A DNA stretch of 37,985 nt from a bacterium. Its GTDB lineage: Bacteria; JADJOY01. Shown piece by piece: positions 17,184 through 26,100 of this stretch. The position numbers and the translations under genes are program-made. Location of the stretch: NCBI GenBank assembly GCA_046331705.1, contig JAXLQJ010000067.1, forward strand, positions 1 to 37,985, read 5' to 3'. Numbering within the stretch: the first letter of the stretch is position 1; each line of letters begins with the position of its first letter. A model generated the notes under the pieces. The model had not been told where the DNA came from. It saw only the letters and a program-made list of their open reading frames with translations, and did no database searches.

Positions 17184-20100
17184 GGCGCGGCGTCCGGCGG
17201 AGCGTCGGGGGTGAGCTCGCACGAGTGGTTGGTGGCCGGGCACGCGCAATCCACCGGCGGCTCGCCGCCATCGTGATCGAAGAACGCGGCGATCTGGTTC
17301 TGCGCGTAGATGCCCCAGTTCACCGGGATGGTCCAGTCGGAGAAGGCCATGAACCAGTGCTCGCCCTTGTTGACCAGCGAGCCGTCGGCCTCGCGCACCG
17401 GCTGGCTGGCGAAGGGATAGCGCACGGCCGAGTAACCGCTCGCGCCGTGGTGCGCTGCCAGCGGTCCGAGGCCCCCGCAATGCTCCCGGCCGTCGATGTC
17501 GTAGCGCGGGTGCTCGGGGGGCTCGTCGAAGCCGAGCATCACTTCCTTGGCGGCGAGCGTCAGGTTCACGCAGTCGCAGTCGGAGGTGAGGTCCGCGCCG
17601 CATTCCTCCAGGGTCCGCGGGCTGCCGTCGCAGCGGTCGTCGACCGAGCCGAAGAGCCCCGCCGCGCGCGCGACCGCGACTTGGGTGTTGATCGGCACGA
17701 AGGTGTCGCCGGGGACCGAGAGCATGAGGATGTTCTTGGCGGGCACGCCGGCGAGCGGCTCCCGAAACCAGTGGGGCGCGTAGTTGATCGGGTCCGCGGG
17801 CTCCAGCGCGATCTGTCCGAGGGTGACGAGGCGGCGGAAGTCGGGCGAGTTGCGGGTGAGGCCGAGCCCCGTCGCGGGAGCCGGGGCGCTCAACGTGCCC
17901 ACCACCGCGCCGTCGGCGGCGCGGGCCTCGAAGGTGACGGCGTCGCCGCGATCCGCGGCGATGGCGAGGCTCGCCGGCTCGTCGCTGGTGATCGCGACGC
18001 TCGCCTCCTCGCCGTTCGCGCCGTTGGCGAGACGCAACGACCCGCCGGCCGGAATGACGAGCTCGCCGACCGGCACCCGGAAGGTGTTGTCGATCATCGA
18101 CGGGTCGATGCCGAAGCGGACCCGGTCCAGCTTCTTCCGCACCAGGAACGAGAGCGCGTAACGCTCGGGGTCCCCGCCGCTCGGCTCGGCGACCACCACC
18201 GGCCCGAGCAGCTCGTGGAACACCGGATCGGAGACCGGGCGCAGATCGAGTCGCAGGAGGATGTCCGAGGCCATGCCGCCGCCCGGCACCACCACCGCGC
18301 CGGTGGTGGTCTCGGGCTCGAGCGCCATGAGGGTCGAGGTGAGGATGCCGCCGAGCGAGAACCCGGTCCGGAAGAACCGCTGCGGACCACTGGGCTCGCC
18401 CAGCGATCCGTCGTCGTTTCGCGCGTACGCGCTAGCACCGCCCAGGTCGAGGACGCCGTCGCCGTCGAAATCGCCGCTCAGCAGGTGCGGGCGCAGCGCC
18501 TCGCTCGAGGCGCGCGCCGGATCGGGAAGGGCCGGCGGCACCTTTGCTTGATCGAGCCCGCGCAAGAGCCGCATGAGCTGCAGGTGATCGACGAGCGTCT
18601 GACGGACTCGATCGCGCGACTCGAAGAGGTCGAGGGTGAAGAAATACCCGTGGTCGGTGTTGCCGTCGCCGTCCGCGTCGATCGCGCGCCCCTCCACCAG
18701 GAGCTCGCGGAAGAGCCCGGTGCTGAGCAGCTCGGTGAGCGCGCTCTGGAAGTCGAGGCCGCCGGCCTCGTCGCCGCAGCGGCCGAACAAGACGCAGCCG
18801 ATGAGCTTGACGATCGGCTCGCCGAGCCCGTCGAGGACGCTCGGCACCAGCGTGGCGCACAACGGCTTGGGCAGCACGCTACACAGCCCGTCCTCCACGC
18901 CTCCCACCACCGAGCCCAGCAGGATCTGCACGTCGCGGATCGAGATCACGGGCGAGTGGTTCACGGCATCCATGCACACGCTCGCGTAGCCGTGCTTCGC
19001 CCACTCGTTGGCGAGGGTGATGACCTCCCAGCGGAAGCTCGGCAGGCCGTGGGCGTGGACGATGACCGGGAACGGCTGGTGGTGTCCCGCGCTCGGCTTG
19101 GGGATGGCGATCAGAAACGGCACCGAGCCCTCGCGCACCTCCGCGGTGCCCGCCGCGGTGTCCACGTGGATGAGCTGATCCGAGGTGCCGCGGAAATCGG
19201 GAGAGCGGAACCGGCCGAAGACGAAGTAGTCGATGGCGTCGACGCGCATCATCATCCGCACGTCCTCGCCCAAGTCCACGCCCAACGCGAGCTTCGCGAA
19301 GCTCGCCACCAGCGCGCCGCCCTCGGGCGTGCCGAGCAGCGGCTCGAGGAAGGTGTCGAGCATCTCGGCCTGCAGGATGTGGACGTTGTCGACGCACGGA
19401 TTCGTTTCGTAGCCGGGCCCGCCGCAGAAGAGCGCGTCGAGCTGGGTCTCCATGCTGTCGACGGTGAGGATCTCGGCTGGATAGCGCGTCGCCAGCCAGC
19501 CCAGTGAGCCCTCGCCGCGGATGCCGGCGGCGAGCGCTTCGGTCTCGCGGGTGACGGATTGGGTGGTGAAGGTCCACGCGAAGGCGATGTGCTGCCGCTC
19601 GACTCCGGCCTGGGCGAGCAGCGGCAACGCGCGCGTCAGGCTCTCGGTCTGGAACGTGTGATTCACGTACGGAAACGGCGAGCGCACGGCCTGGCCACTC
19701 GCGTCGCGGAGCCCGTCGGTGAGCACCACCGCGTATTCGCTGGCGGGATCGAGCGGGACGAGGGGCCGGATCACGAGGGTGTTGGTCTGGCGCTCGTAGT
19801 GGTCGGCGAAGCCGGGATCGTGGATGTCGCCGAAGCGTGGATCGAAGAGCAGCTGGCGTGCGTCGCGTGCGGGATCGTACGGCGGGAACGCCCACGGCGT
19901 GATCTCGATCGGGAAGCTGCCGCCGCCGATGTCGAGCGGTGCAGCCTCGCCGGCCCGCGCTGAGCCGGGTTGGATGTCGACGACGCGGATGGTGTCGGAG
20001 TTGGCCGTGGCGAGGTCGATGGGAGCGTCGAACGCCACGGTGATCGGCGCGAACGTGCCGAAGCCGTCGAGGCGGTCGACCTTGCCGCGAATCCGACGCT

Positions 20101-20377
20101 CGAGGCTCGTCGGGGCCCAATCGCGGACGTTGAGCCGGCGGCCGGTGGGGGCGCTGGGATCGAGGACCGTGACCAGGTCGTTGGGGAAGGGGACGTCCGA
20201 GGTGGGCCGGTGCTGTGGGTCCCAGACCACCCGCGGCCCGCTGCCCGCTGGCGTGAGGCGAAGCCCCTGCGGCTGCGCATCGTCGCCACCGCAAGCGGCG
20301 GCGACGATCAGCGCGAGCGCGACGGCCGCGAGCGCGGTTCCGCGGCGGGTGGATCGGTGGGCAGGCGCGCCGATCAC
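17180..20377 (-). CDS. Large lipoprotein alpha/beta-hydrolase (VolA/Pla-1-like lipase) with Ig-like N-terminal region
   Basis: Lipobox VAAAC-GG, then PFPNDL..LDGFGTFAPITVAF and PLVPLDPASEYAVVLTDGL (Ig-like). Hydrolase motifs AHGL (oxyanion), GFSLGG (nucleophile), GDTFVP and GEHWF. Confidence 0.72.
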   Translation of the reverse strand: MIGAPAHRSTRRGTALAAVALALIVAAACGGDDAQPQGLRLTPAGSGPRVVWDPQHRPTSDVPFPNDLVTVLDPSAPTGRRLNVRDWAPTSLERRIRGKVDRLDGFGTFAPITVAFDAPIDLATANSDTIRVVDIQPGSARAGEAAPLDIGGGSFPIEITPWAFPPYDPARDARQLLFDPRFGDIHDPGFADHYERQTNTLVIRPLVPLDPASEYAVVLTDGLRDASGQAVRSPFPYVNHTFQTESLTRALPLLAQAGVERQHIAFAWTFTTQSVTRETEALAAGIRGEGSLGWLATRYPAEILTVDSMETQLDALFCGGPGYETNPCVDNVHILQAEMLDTFLEPLLGTPEGGALVASFAKLALGVDLGEDVRMMMRVDAIDYFVFGRFRSPDFRGTSDQLIHVDTAAGTAEVREGSVPFLIAIPKPSAGHHQPFPVIVHAHGLPSFRWEVITLANEWAKHGYASVCMDAVNHSPVISIRDVQILLGSVVGGVEDGLCSVLPKPLCATLVPSVLDGLGEPIVKLIGCVLFGRCGDEAGGLDFQSALTELLSTGLFRELLVEGRAIDADGDGNTDHGYFFTLDLFESRDRVRQTLVDHLQLMRLLRGLDQAKVPPALPDPARASSEALRPHLLSGDFDGDGVLDLGGASAYARNDDGSLGEPSGPQRFFRTGFSLGGILTSTLMALEPETTTGAVVVPGGGMASDILLRLDLRPVSDPVFHELLGPVVVAEPSGGDPERYALSFLVRKKLDRVRFGIDPSMIDNTFRVPVGELVIPAGGSLRLANGANGEEASVAITSDEPASLAIAADRGDAVTFEARAADGAVVGTLSAPAPATGLGLTRNSPDFRRLVTLGQIALEPADPINYAPHWFREPLAGVPAKNILMLSVPGDTFVPINTQVAVARAAGLFGSVDDRCDGSPRTLEECGADLTSDCDCVNLTLAAKEVMLGFDEPPEHPRYDIDGREHCGGLGPLAAHHGASGYSAVRYPFASQPVREADGSLVNKGEHWFMAFSDWTIPVNWGIYAQNQIAAFFDHDGGEPPVDCACPATNHSCELTPDAPPDAAP

Positions 20378-20403
20378 GCGAGGGGAGCGCGTCGAGACGC
20401 GCT

Positions 20404-21753
20404 TCAGTTGACGCCCACGTGCGTCACGTTGGGATACGAATCCGCCCAGTAGGCCACGTCGATCTGCTCCGGGTGGTGGTGGAAGAACTGAGCCCAGCGC
20501 GTCGAGACCGACGAGTCGTAGCTCCCGCGCGTGTAGAGCGTCCAGCCGCTGAAGCTCGTCTCCCCCTTGGCCTTGTGGAAATAGAAGAGGTCCTCGCCGA
20601 TGTCGCCGATGCCTGGAACGGGCGTGCCGTGGCCGTAGATGAAGACACCGCCGTCGCGGTCCGGGCCGAGCGCGGGATTGTGCGTGACCTGGTCCGCGGG
20701 CTGGCGGTCGCCGCGGAAGCCCCGCCCGTCGTCGTACCAGTAGCGGATGCGATTGCCGCGGTCGCAGAACGTCAGATGCACCACGCCGTTGGCGGTGACC
20801 AGGATCGAGGGGCCGTTGTCGAGGCCGCTCTGCGCCTTGTCGTCGATGCGCGTCGAGTCGCCCCAGCTTCCGTCCGGCTCACGGCGGCGCACGCGAATCG
20901 TGCCGTCCTGGGTGTAGGCGCCGGTGCCGTTCAGCCAGGCCACCAGGAGCGCGCCGTTGGGCGCGAAGGCGATGGCGGGATGCCAGGCGCTGCACGCGTC
21001 GGATTGGGGGTCGCAATCGACGACGTCGTCGAGGTCGCGCCGCTGGTGCCAGTTGCCGCCGGTGCGGTTCGCGTAGCGCAGGTGCAGCCGGCCGTCCTCG
21101 CCGCGGTAGCTCCACACGGCGTGCGGCGCGCCGTTCGCGTCGAGTGCCAGCGCCACGCCCTGGTCGCCCTGGCGGAAGTCCGTCCAGTTGGTGGCGTCGA
21201 GCACTTCCGAATCGCCCCAGCGGTCCGTGCGCGTGTCGAAGAGCCCGTAGCGCGCGTTGCCGCCGACGTCGTTCCAGAGCACGTGGATCCGATCGTCGGC
21301 GTCGATCGCGATGGCGCTCGAGCCGATGCGGCCGCTCGGCGCGTGCGCACCGTCGCGCTCGCTGAAACCACTCGGCGTGCCGGCGCCGGTGGCGCCGTAG
21401 ACCTTGAGCTCGGTGTCGCCGCAGTTGGGGAAGAACGCCTGGCAGGTGGGCACCACCACGTAGAGCACGTTGGCCTGGGTGCGAACCAGCTGGTGCGGGC
21501 CGACGTCCGTGAACCCGGCGCCGACCACGATGTCGTGGTTGGTGGCGGTGGGGTCGTCGCTGGGCTCGGGGGTGGGTTCCGGTGTGGGCTCCGGGGTCGG
21601 CTCCGGCTCCGGTGTGGGCTCGGGAGTCGGCGTCGGCGTGCTGGACGAGTCGTTGCTCCCTCCGCAGCCGCTGAATCCAGCGGTCACGGAGAGCGATAGT
21701 GGCGCGAGCAGCAGCGCGACGACCCAGAGTCGTGACGATCGCATCGATGGCAT
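20404..21753 (-). CDS. Lipoprotein with Pro/Thr/Glu linker and BNR/sialidase-like beta-propeller
   Basis: ATG 21753 after GGAAGGA, lipobox FSGC, PT/PE linker, repeated blades (IAIDADDRIHVLW, LALDANGAPHAVW, IAFAPNGALLVAW, ILVTANGVVHLTF). Confidence 0.72.
   Translation of the reverse strand: MPSMRSSRLWVVALLLAPLSLSVTAGFSGCGGSNDSSSTPTPTPEPTPEPEPTPEPTPEPTPEPSDDPTATNHDIVVGAGFTDVGPHQLVRTQANVLYVVVPTCQAFFPNCGDTELKVYGATGAGTPSGFSERDGAHAPSGRIGSSAIAIDADDRIHVLWNDVGGNARYGLFDTRTDRWGDSEVLDATNWTDFRQGDQGVALALDANGAPHAVWSYRGEDGRLHLRYANRTGGNWHQRRDLDDVVDCDPQSDACSAWHPAIAFAPNGALLVAWLNGTGAYTQDGTIRVRRREPDGSWGDSTRIDDKAQSGLDNGPSILVTANGVVHLTFCDRGNRIRYWYDDGRGFRGDRQPADQVTHNPALGPDRDGGVFIYGHGTPVPGIGDIGEDLFYFHKAKGETSFSGWTLYTRGSYDSSVSTRWAQFFHHHPEQIDVAYWADSYPNVTHVGVN
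21563..21639 (-). repeat. Coding low-complexity repeat (TPTPTPEPTPEPEPTPEPTPEPTPEP linker)
   Basis: Degenerate 12-nt units encoding PEPT repeats right after the lipidated Cys. Confidence 0.85.
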
Positions 21754-21824
21754 GGTCTCGGTTCCTTCCCCCCGACGGGTACAAGCTTGCCACGCGGTGG
21801 GTTGCGTGAGGAAAGGCAGCGACG

Positions 21825-21841
21825 CGGCAGCGACGCGCACC
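21825..21841 (+). repeat. Left target-site duplication (17 bp)
   Basis: CGGCAGCGACGCGCACC, matching 23204..23220 at 16/17. Confidence 0.9.
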
Positions 21842-23203
21842 TGTTGTTAGCAAGTGAAAGTGTCCGGTGGTTTTGACAAGTGATCTGTCCGGTCAGATCT
21901 CAGGCGGCCTCACCGACCCCCGAGGGGGTCGGTGCGCGAAGCAGGGGTAGAGGGTTGCCGTCACGGTCGAACCGTCCGAGGCATTGCTCGGCTCGCCACA
22001 CCGTGTGACTGGCGTCCAAGTGCCGCCGCACGAGGACCCGCATCCCTTCGCAGCTGCGACGCCCGCGCTGCTTGGCGATCTGCAGCCGCACCTTCTCCAG
22101 GACCACGGTGTTGTCCTTGCCCACGACCCGTTCGTGTTCGTGACACAGCACCTGATTCAGGTCCACGCCCCCCAGCCCCACGAAGGCCGACGCGGGGTCC
22201 CGAGCCGGGCGCGCAAACAATCGGTTGTACTCCGGACGAAACCGCTCCTCGAGGTAGCGGTTGGCGTCGACCACGGTGCGGATCCCGGCCACCCGTAGCT
22301 CGTTGACCAGGCGGTCCTGCAACGTCCGGTTCGCCCGTTCACTTCGGCCTCGCGCCTGGGGAGAGCGCGCCCGGATGTGCTCGATCCCCAAGCGATCCAA
22401 CGCGCGGCCGACCTGCGTCCGCATCGTCGGATCGGGCGCCTCGCCGGCACGACGCGTGATCGCCGCCCAGCTCGCGCGATCCGTATAGAGCGTCATCGGC
22501 AGACCCTCTTGCTCAAACACCGCCTTTAACCCCGCCATGACCGTGTCCGTGCTCTCGCTTTCCTCGATCCGACCGTAGAGCAGCTCGCTGGTGGCATCGT
22601 CGACCAGGGCGATCAGGGTCTGCTTCTCGTCGGGGCACAGCGCCAGCCATGCGTGGGGGCTGCCGTCGAGGTGCAGCATCTCGCCCCGGCAGGCCTTCGG
22701 CTCGCGGCGACGACGGTGCCGCCCCCGCGACCGCCGTCGGCGTACCAGGCCAGCCGCCTGCAGCGCCGTCTTCACCGTCGTGTACGAAAGCGTCACCGCA
22801 TGCTCTCGCTGCGCGATCTGGTGAAAGTGGCGGACGTTGAAGCCGGTGTAGGTGTCGCGGTACAGCCGCAGCACGCGCTCGAGCTCCGCCGCGGGTGTGC
22901 GGCGGCCCGAGGGCCGACCTCGGCGACGGTCGAGCAAGCCGTCGTAACCGTGGCTCTCGAAGCGCGCCTTCCACCGACGCAGAGACCGTGGATCCATGCC
23001 CAGGATGTCGCTCGCCTGGATCCAATTGATCTCCCCGCTCATCGCTCGAAGCATCACCTCACGAATCCGCATCGCCCGCTCCAGCGCGGTCGGACCGTAG
23101 AGCATCGGCAGCATCCCCCTTGGGGACCGCCCTCTACCTCCCGAACGCCGAAAGCGGACACTTCACTTGCTCTTCGGAGCGGACAGATCATGTGCTCCCT
23201 ACA
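21842..23203 (-). mobile_element. Complete IS1202-family (ex-ISNCY) insertion sequence, 1362 bp
   Basis: Ends TGT...ACA, with two subterminal repeats per end (left GCAAGTGAAAGTGTCCG and ACAAGTGATCTGTCCG; right, reverse-complemented, GCACATGATCTGTCCG and GCAAGTGAAGTGTCCG). Flanked by 17-bp direct repeats. Confidence 0.92.
21900..23114 (-). CDS. DDE transposase (IS1202/ISNCY type)
   Basis: N-terminal HTH, then GEMLHLDGSPHAW, VDDAT, LYTDR and SPQARGRSERANRTLQDRL. Alternative start at 23105. Confidence 0.92.
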   Translation of the reverse strand: MLPMLYGPTALERAMRIREVMLRAMSGEINWIQASDILGMDPRSLRRWKARFESHGYDGLLDRRRGRPSGRRTPAAELERVLRLYRDTYTGFNVRHFHQIAQREHAVTLSYTTVKTALQAAGLVRRRRSRGRHRRRREPKACRGEMLHLDGSPHAWLALCPDEKQTLIALVDDATSELLYGRIEESESTDTVMAGLKAVFEQEGLPMTLYTDRASWAAITRRAGEAPDPTMRTQVGRALDRLGIEHIRARSPQARGRSERANRTLQDRLVNELRVAGIRTVVDANRYLEERFRPEYNRLFARPARDPASAFVGLGGVDLNQVLCHEHERVVGKDNTVVLEKVRLQIAKQRGRRSCEGMRVLVRRHLDASHTVWRAEQCLGRFDRDGNPLPLLRAPTPSGVGEAA

Positions 23204-23220
23204 CGGCAGCGACGCGGACC
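23204..23220 (+). repeat. Right target-site duplication (17 bp)
   Basis: CGGCAGCGACGCGGACC, immediately after the terminal ACA. Confidence 0.9.
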
Positions 23221-23249
23221 TTGCGCGGCGCAGGGGCACTCCGTAGGAT
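23221..23249 (+). promoter_or_regulatory. Putative sigma70 promoter of the fadL-fadL-propeller operon
   Basis: TTGCGC-17 bp-TAGGAT, ending 11 bp before ATG 23261. No Shine-Dalgarno, so a very short leader is likely. Confidence 0.5.
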
Positions 23250-23260
23250 GCGCCGCCCCC

Positions 23261-24727
23261 ATGTCCCGCTCGTCCGCTTTCGTTCGAACGGCGCTCGGCG
23301 CGCTGGTGCTCGCGGCCGTGGCTCGCCCGCTCACGGTGTGGGCCAACGACTTCACGACCTTCGGCTTCGGCGCCCGCGCGGTGGCGATGGGCGGCGCGAT
23401 GGCCGGTCACGTCGACGACTACACCGCCACGTACTACAACCCGGCCGGCGTCGTGCTTCGCCCGGGCCGGGAATTCGCGATCGGCCTTCAGTACGGCGAT
23501 TTCCAGACGCGCGCGACCAATCCCGCGCCGATCCCCGAGGGATCGGTGCGGGACTCGGATGCGTTCCCGATCGACGACACGCTCGGCGCGTACGGTGGCA
23601 TGCGCTTTCTGATCCCGTTCGCCGACGCCCTGCACGAGCGCGTGGGGTTCGGGGTGGGCTTCTACACCGGCTTTCCGCACCTCTTGAACGCGCAGGTGCC
23701 CGAGAGCTTCGTGCCGCAATACGTGCTGCTCGGGGGCCAGACCGAGCTGGTGGTGACCCAGCCGGCGGTGGGCGTGAAGATCGCGGACGGGCTCGCCGTG
23801 GGCCTCGGCTGTGTGTTCTTCGCGGACGTGGGCGGCAATCTCGAGATCCCCACCGGCGTGCGCGGCGCGGACGGCGTGGACGACGCGCACACCACCATCG
23901 ATCAAGAGATCCAGCCAGTGGTGCGCGCGACGGCCGGCGTGATCGGCGACGGCCGGCTGATCGCCGAGGATCTCGCGGCGTGGAGCGTCGGCGTCACGTG
24001 GCGCGACGCGTTCTCGATTCCCTTGCAGATCCCCGTCACGGTCACGTTGGGGCCGATCCCGCTCAACATCGACCTCGCGAGCTCGTTGCTCTACTCGCCG
24101 CAGCAGGTCGTGCTCGGGTTCGCCCACCGCGGTGAGGACCTCACGGTGGCTGTCGACGTGTCGTGGAACCAATGGTCGGGCTATCAGCCGCCCACGCTGG
24201 AGCTGGACCTCGACGTCACGATCCCGATCGTGCCCATCGATCTCAAGGACGCGTTCAACGCCGACCCGCGCACCAAGGATACGGTGACGCCGCGGGTGGG
24301 AATCGAGTGGCGGGCGTGGCACGGCGAGAAGAACGACTTCTGGCTGCGCGGGGGATACGCCTTCGAGCCCACTCCCTTTCCCGAGCAGACCGCGCTCACG
24401 ACCTACCTCGACGGTGACCGTCATCTGCTCTCCGCGGGTGTGGGCGTGACGCTGCGCGAGCTGCCCGTCTTCGGTGACCTGACCGAGGATTCCGCGGTCC
24501 GCTTCGACGCTGCGATCCAGTACGACGTGATCGCGGCGACGGTGCACCACAAGGAGCGGGTCAACCCGCTCTTCGTCATCGACGGCAATCCGCTGGCGTT
24601 CCCGCCGCTCACCGACGCGGCGGGCCATCCCATCGCGGACCCGTCCTATCCGTCGATCCGCGGCGAGGCGGACGTGTTCGTGCTGATGTTCACGGCCAGC
24701 ACCACGTTCGGCGAGGTGGGGCGATGA
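23261..24727 (+). CDS. FadL/OmpP1-family outer-membrane channel
   Basis: Signal peptide (MSRSS...VWA), GFGARAVAMGGA...YYNPAG, PRVGIEW, LRGGYAFEPTP. Confidence 0.87.
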   Translation: MSRSSAFVRTALGALVLAAVARPLTVWANDFTTFGFGARAVAMGGAMAGHVDDYTATYYNPAGVVLRPGREFAIGLQYGDFQTRATNPAPIPEGSVRDSDAFPIDDTLGAYGGMRFLIPFADALHERVGFGVGFYTGFPHLLNAQVPESFVPQYVLLGGQTELVVTQPAVGVKIADGLAVGLGCVFFADVGGNLEIPTGVRGADGVDDAHTTIDQEIQPVVRATAGVIGDGRLIAEDLAAWSVGVTWRDAFSIPLQIPVTVTLGPIPLNIDLASSLLYSPQQVVLGFAHRGEDLTVAVDVSWNQWSGYQPPTLELDLDVTIPIVPIDLKDAFNADPRTKDTVTPRVGIEWRAWHGEKNDFWLRGGYAFEPTPFPEQTALTTYLDGDRHLLSAGVGVTLRELPVFGDLTEDSAVRFDAAIQYDVIAATVHHKERVNPLFVIDGNPLAFPPLTDAAGHPIADPSYPSIRGEADVFVLMFTASTTFGEVGR

Positions 24728-26100
24728 GCCTGGCCACGCGCCGCCCGGTTGCCGGCGCGACGGTCGCCTGGGTGCTCGTCGCCGTGCTCCTCGGCGCGAG
24801 CGCAGCGCGCGCGAACCCGTTCGAGACCATCGGCGCCGGGCCGCGGGCCTCGGCGATGCTCGCCACGGTCGCCAGCGGAGGCGACGCCTCCTCGACCTTC
24901 TACAACCCCGCGGGCCTCACGCGTGGCGACGCCACCGAGATCTCGATCAGCGGCGCGTACACGGACCTCTCGCTCGAGATCAACGGCCGCGACATCGACG
25001 ACCAGCCGATCACGGGCACCCTGCTCGGCGTGCTGTATCCGACGGATTTCTTCGATTACCGCGTGGCCATCGGAGCGCTGGTCTACGTGCCCGCGCAGCG
25101 CGCCGCACGGCTCTTGGCGCTGCCGCTCGATCAGCCGCAATTCCTCTACTACGGCACGCGCAACCAGCGACTCGTGGTGATGGCGGCGGGGGCGCTCGAG
25201 GTCACGAGCTGGTTGTCGGTGGGCGCTGGTCTCCAGACGCTCCTCGATACCTCGAGCGAGCCCGACTTCACCCTGGTCCAGGACCCCGATCCCTCGAACG
25301 ACCAGAGCGACCCCGACGCGGATCAGCTCGAGCCGCAGAGCTTCGGCTTCGCGAGCGCCGTGCAGGACCCGGTGCTCTCGCCGACGGTGGGGCTGACGTT
25401 CACGCCGGACGAGCGGTTGCGATTCGGCCTCTCCTACCGCGCCGAGATCAAGGCCCACCTCGCGGCGCCGTTCCTGGTGACCATCCAGGAGATCGAGCTT
25501 CTGGGCCTCACGCTCGCCGACACTCGCTTCGTGCTGCCCAACGATGCGGAGCTCTTCTTCAGCCCGCAGACGGTGTCGTTCGGGGGGGCCTACACCGGCG
25601 AACGTCTCACCGTGGACGTCGACGTGAGCTGGTACGACTACTCCGAGTTTCCCGCGACCTTCTCCGCCGCGACCCCCACCTTCGAGGGTGGGCTCGCGGG
25701 GCTCATCCTGCCCGTTCCCGCGTTCCTGCCGATCGCGCCGCCCGCCCGCGACATCGTGGTGCCCTCGCTCGGTGTGGAATGGCTCGCGGCTTCGGATGCG
25801 GATCTCGATCTGCAACTGCGCGCCGGGTACGCGTATCGCAGCGCCATGCTCCGTCCCGACCGCGGCCTCACGAACTTCCTGGACACCACGAGCCACGTCA
25901 TCGGCCTGGGCTTCGGTCTCACCCTTCGCGATTGGAGTCGCTTCGTGCCGAAGCCGCTCACGATCGACGGTTACACGCAGATCCACGTCCTCGAGACCCG
26001 CGACATCGTGAAGGACGATCCGGCCTCGTCGCCGTACGGCGACCTGCGGATCGGCGGCCTCGGTGTCGGCGGCGGCATCCAGGCGACGGTGCGATTCTGA
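24724..26100 (+). CDS. FadL/OmpP1-family outer-membrane channel
   Basis: ATGA overlap with the upstream gene, signal peptide, GAGPRASAML..FYNPAG, LGVEW, LRAGYAY, C-terminal F (ATVRF). Confidence 0.85.
   Translation: MSLATRRPVAGATVAWVLVAVLLGASAARANPFETIGAGPRASAMLATVASGGDASSTFYNPAGLTRGDATEISISGAYTDLSLEINGRDIDDQPITGTLLGVLYPTDFFDYRVAIGALVYVPAQRAARLLALPLDQPQFLYYGTRNQRLVVMAAGALEVTSWLSVGAGLQTLLDTSSEPDFTLVQDPDPSNDQSDPDADQLEPQSFGFASAVQDPVLSPTVGLTFTPDERLRFGLSYRAEIKAHLAAPFLVTIQEIELLGLTLADTRFVLPNDAELFFSPQTVSFGGAYTGERLTVDVDVSWYDYSEFPATFSAATPTFEGGLAGLILPVPAFLPIAPPARDIVVPSLGVEWLAASDADLDLQLRAGYAYRSAMLRPDRGLTNFLDTTSHVIGLGFGLTLRDWSRFVPKPLTIDGYTQIHVLETRDIVKDDPASSPYGDLRIGGLGVGGGIQATVRF

Noticed and set aside
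21563-21639. Repeat array that might be CRISPR-like
   Set aside because: In-frame codon repeats of a PEPT linker, with no spacers and no cas genes.
21800-21841. XerCD/dif-site targeting by the IS1202-family element
   Set aside because: The flanks are GC-rich with no dif-like sequence, and Xer-targeting members make short 5-6 bp DRs rather than 17 bp.
21873-21901. Perfect TTGACA in the IS end as an antisense promoter
   Set aside because: No credible -10 at 16-18 bp, and it overlaps the subterminal repeat.
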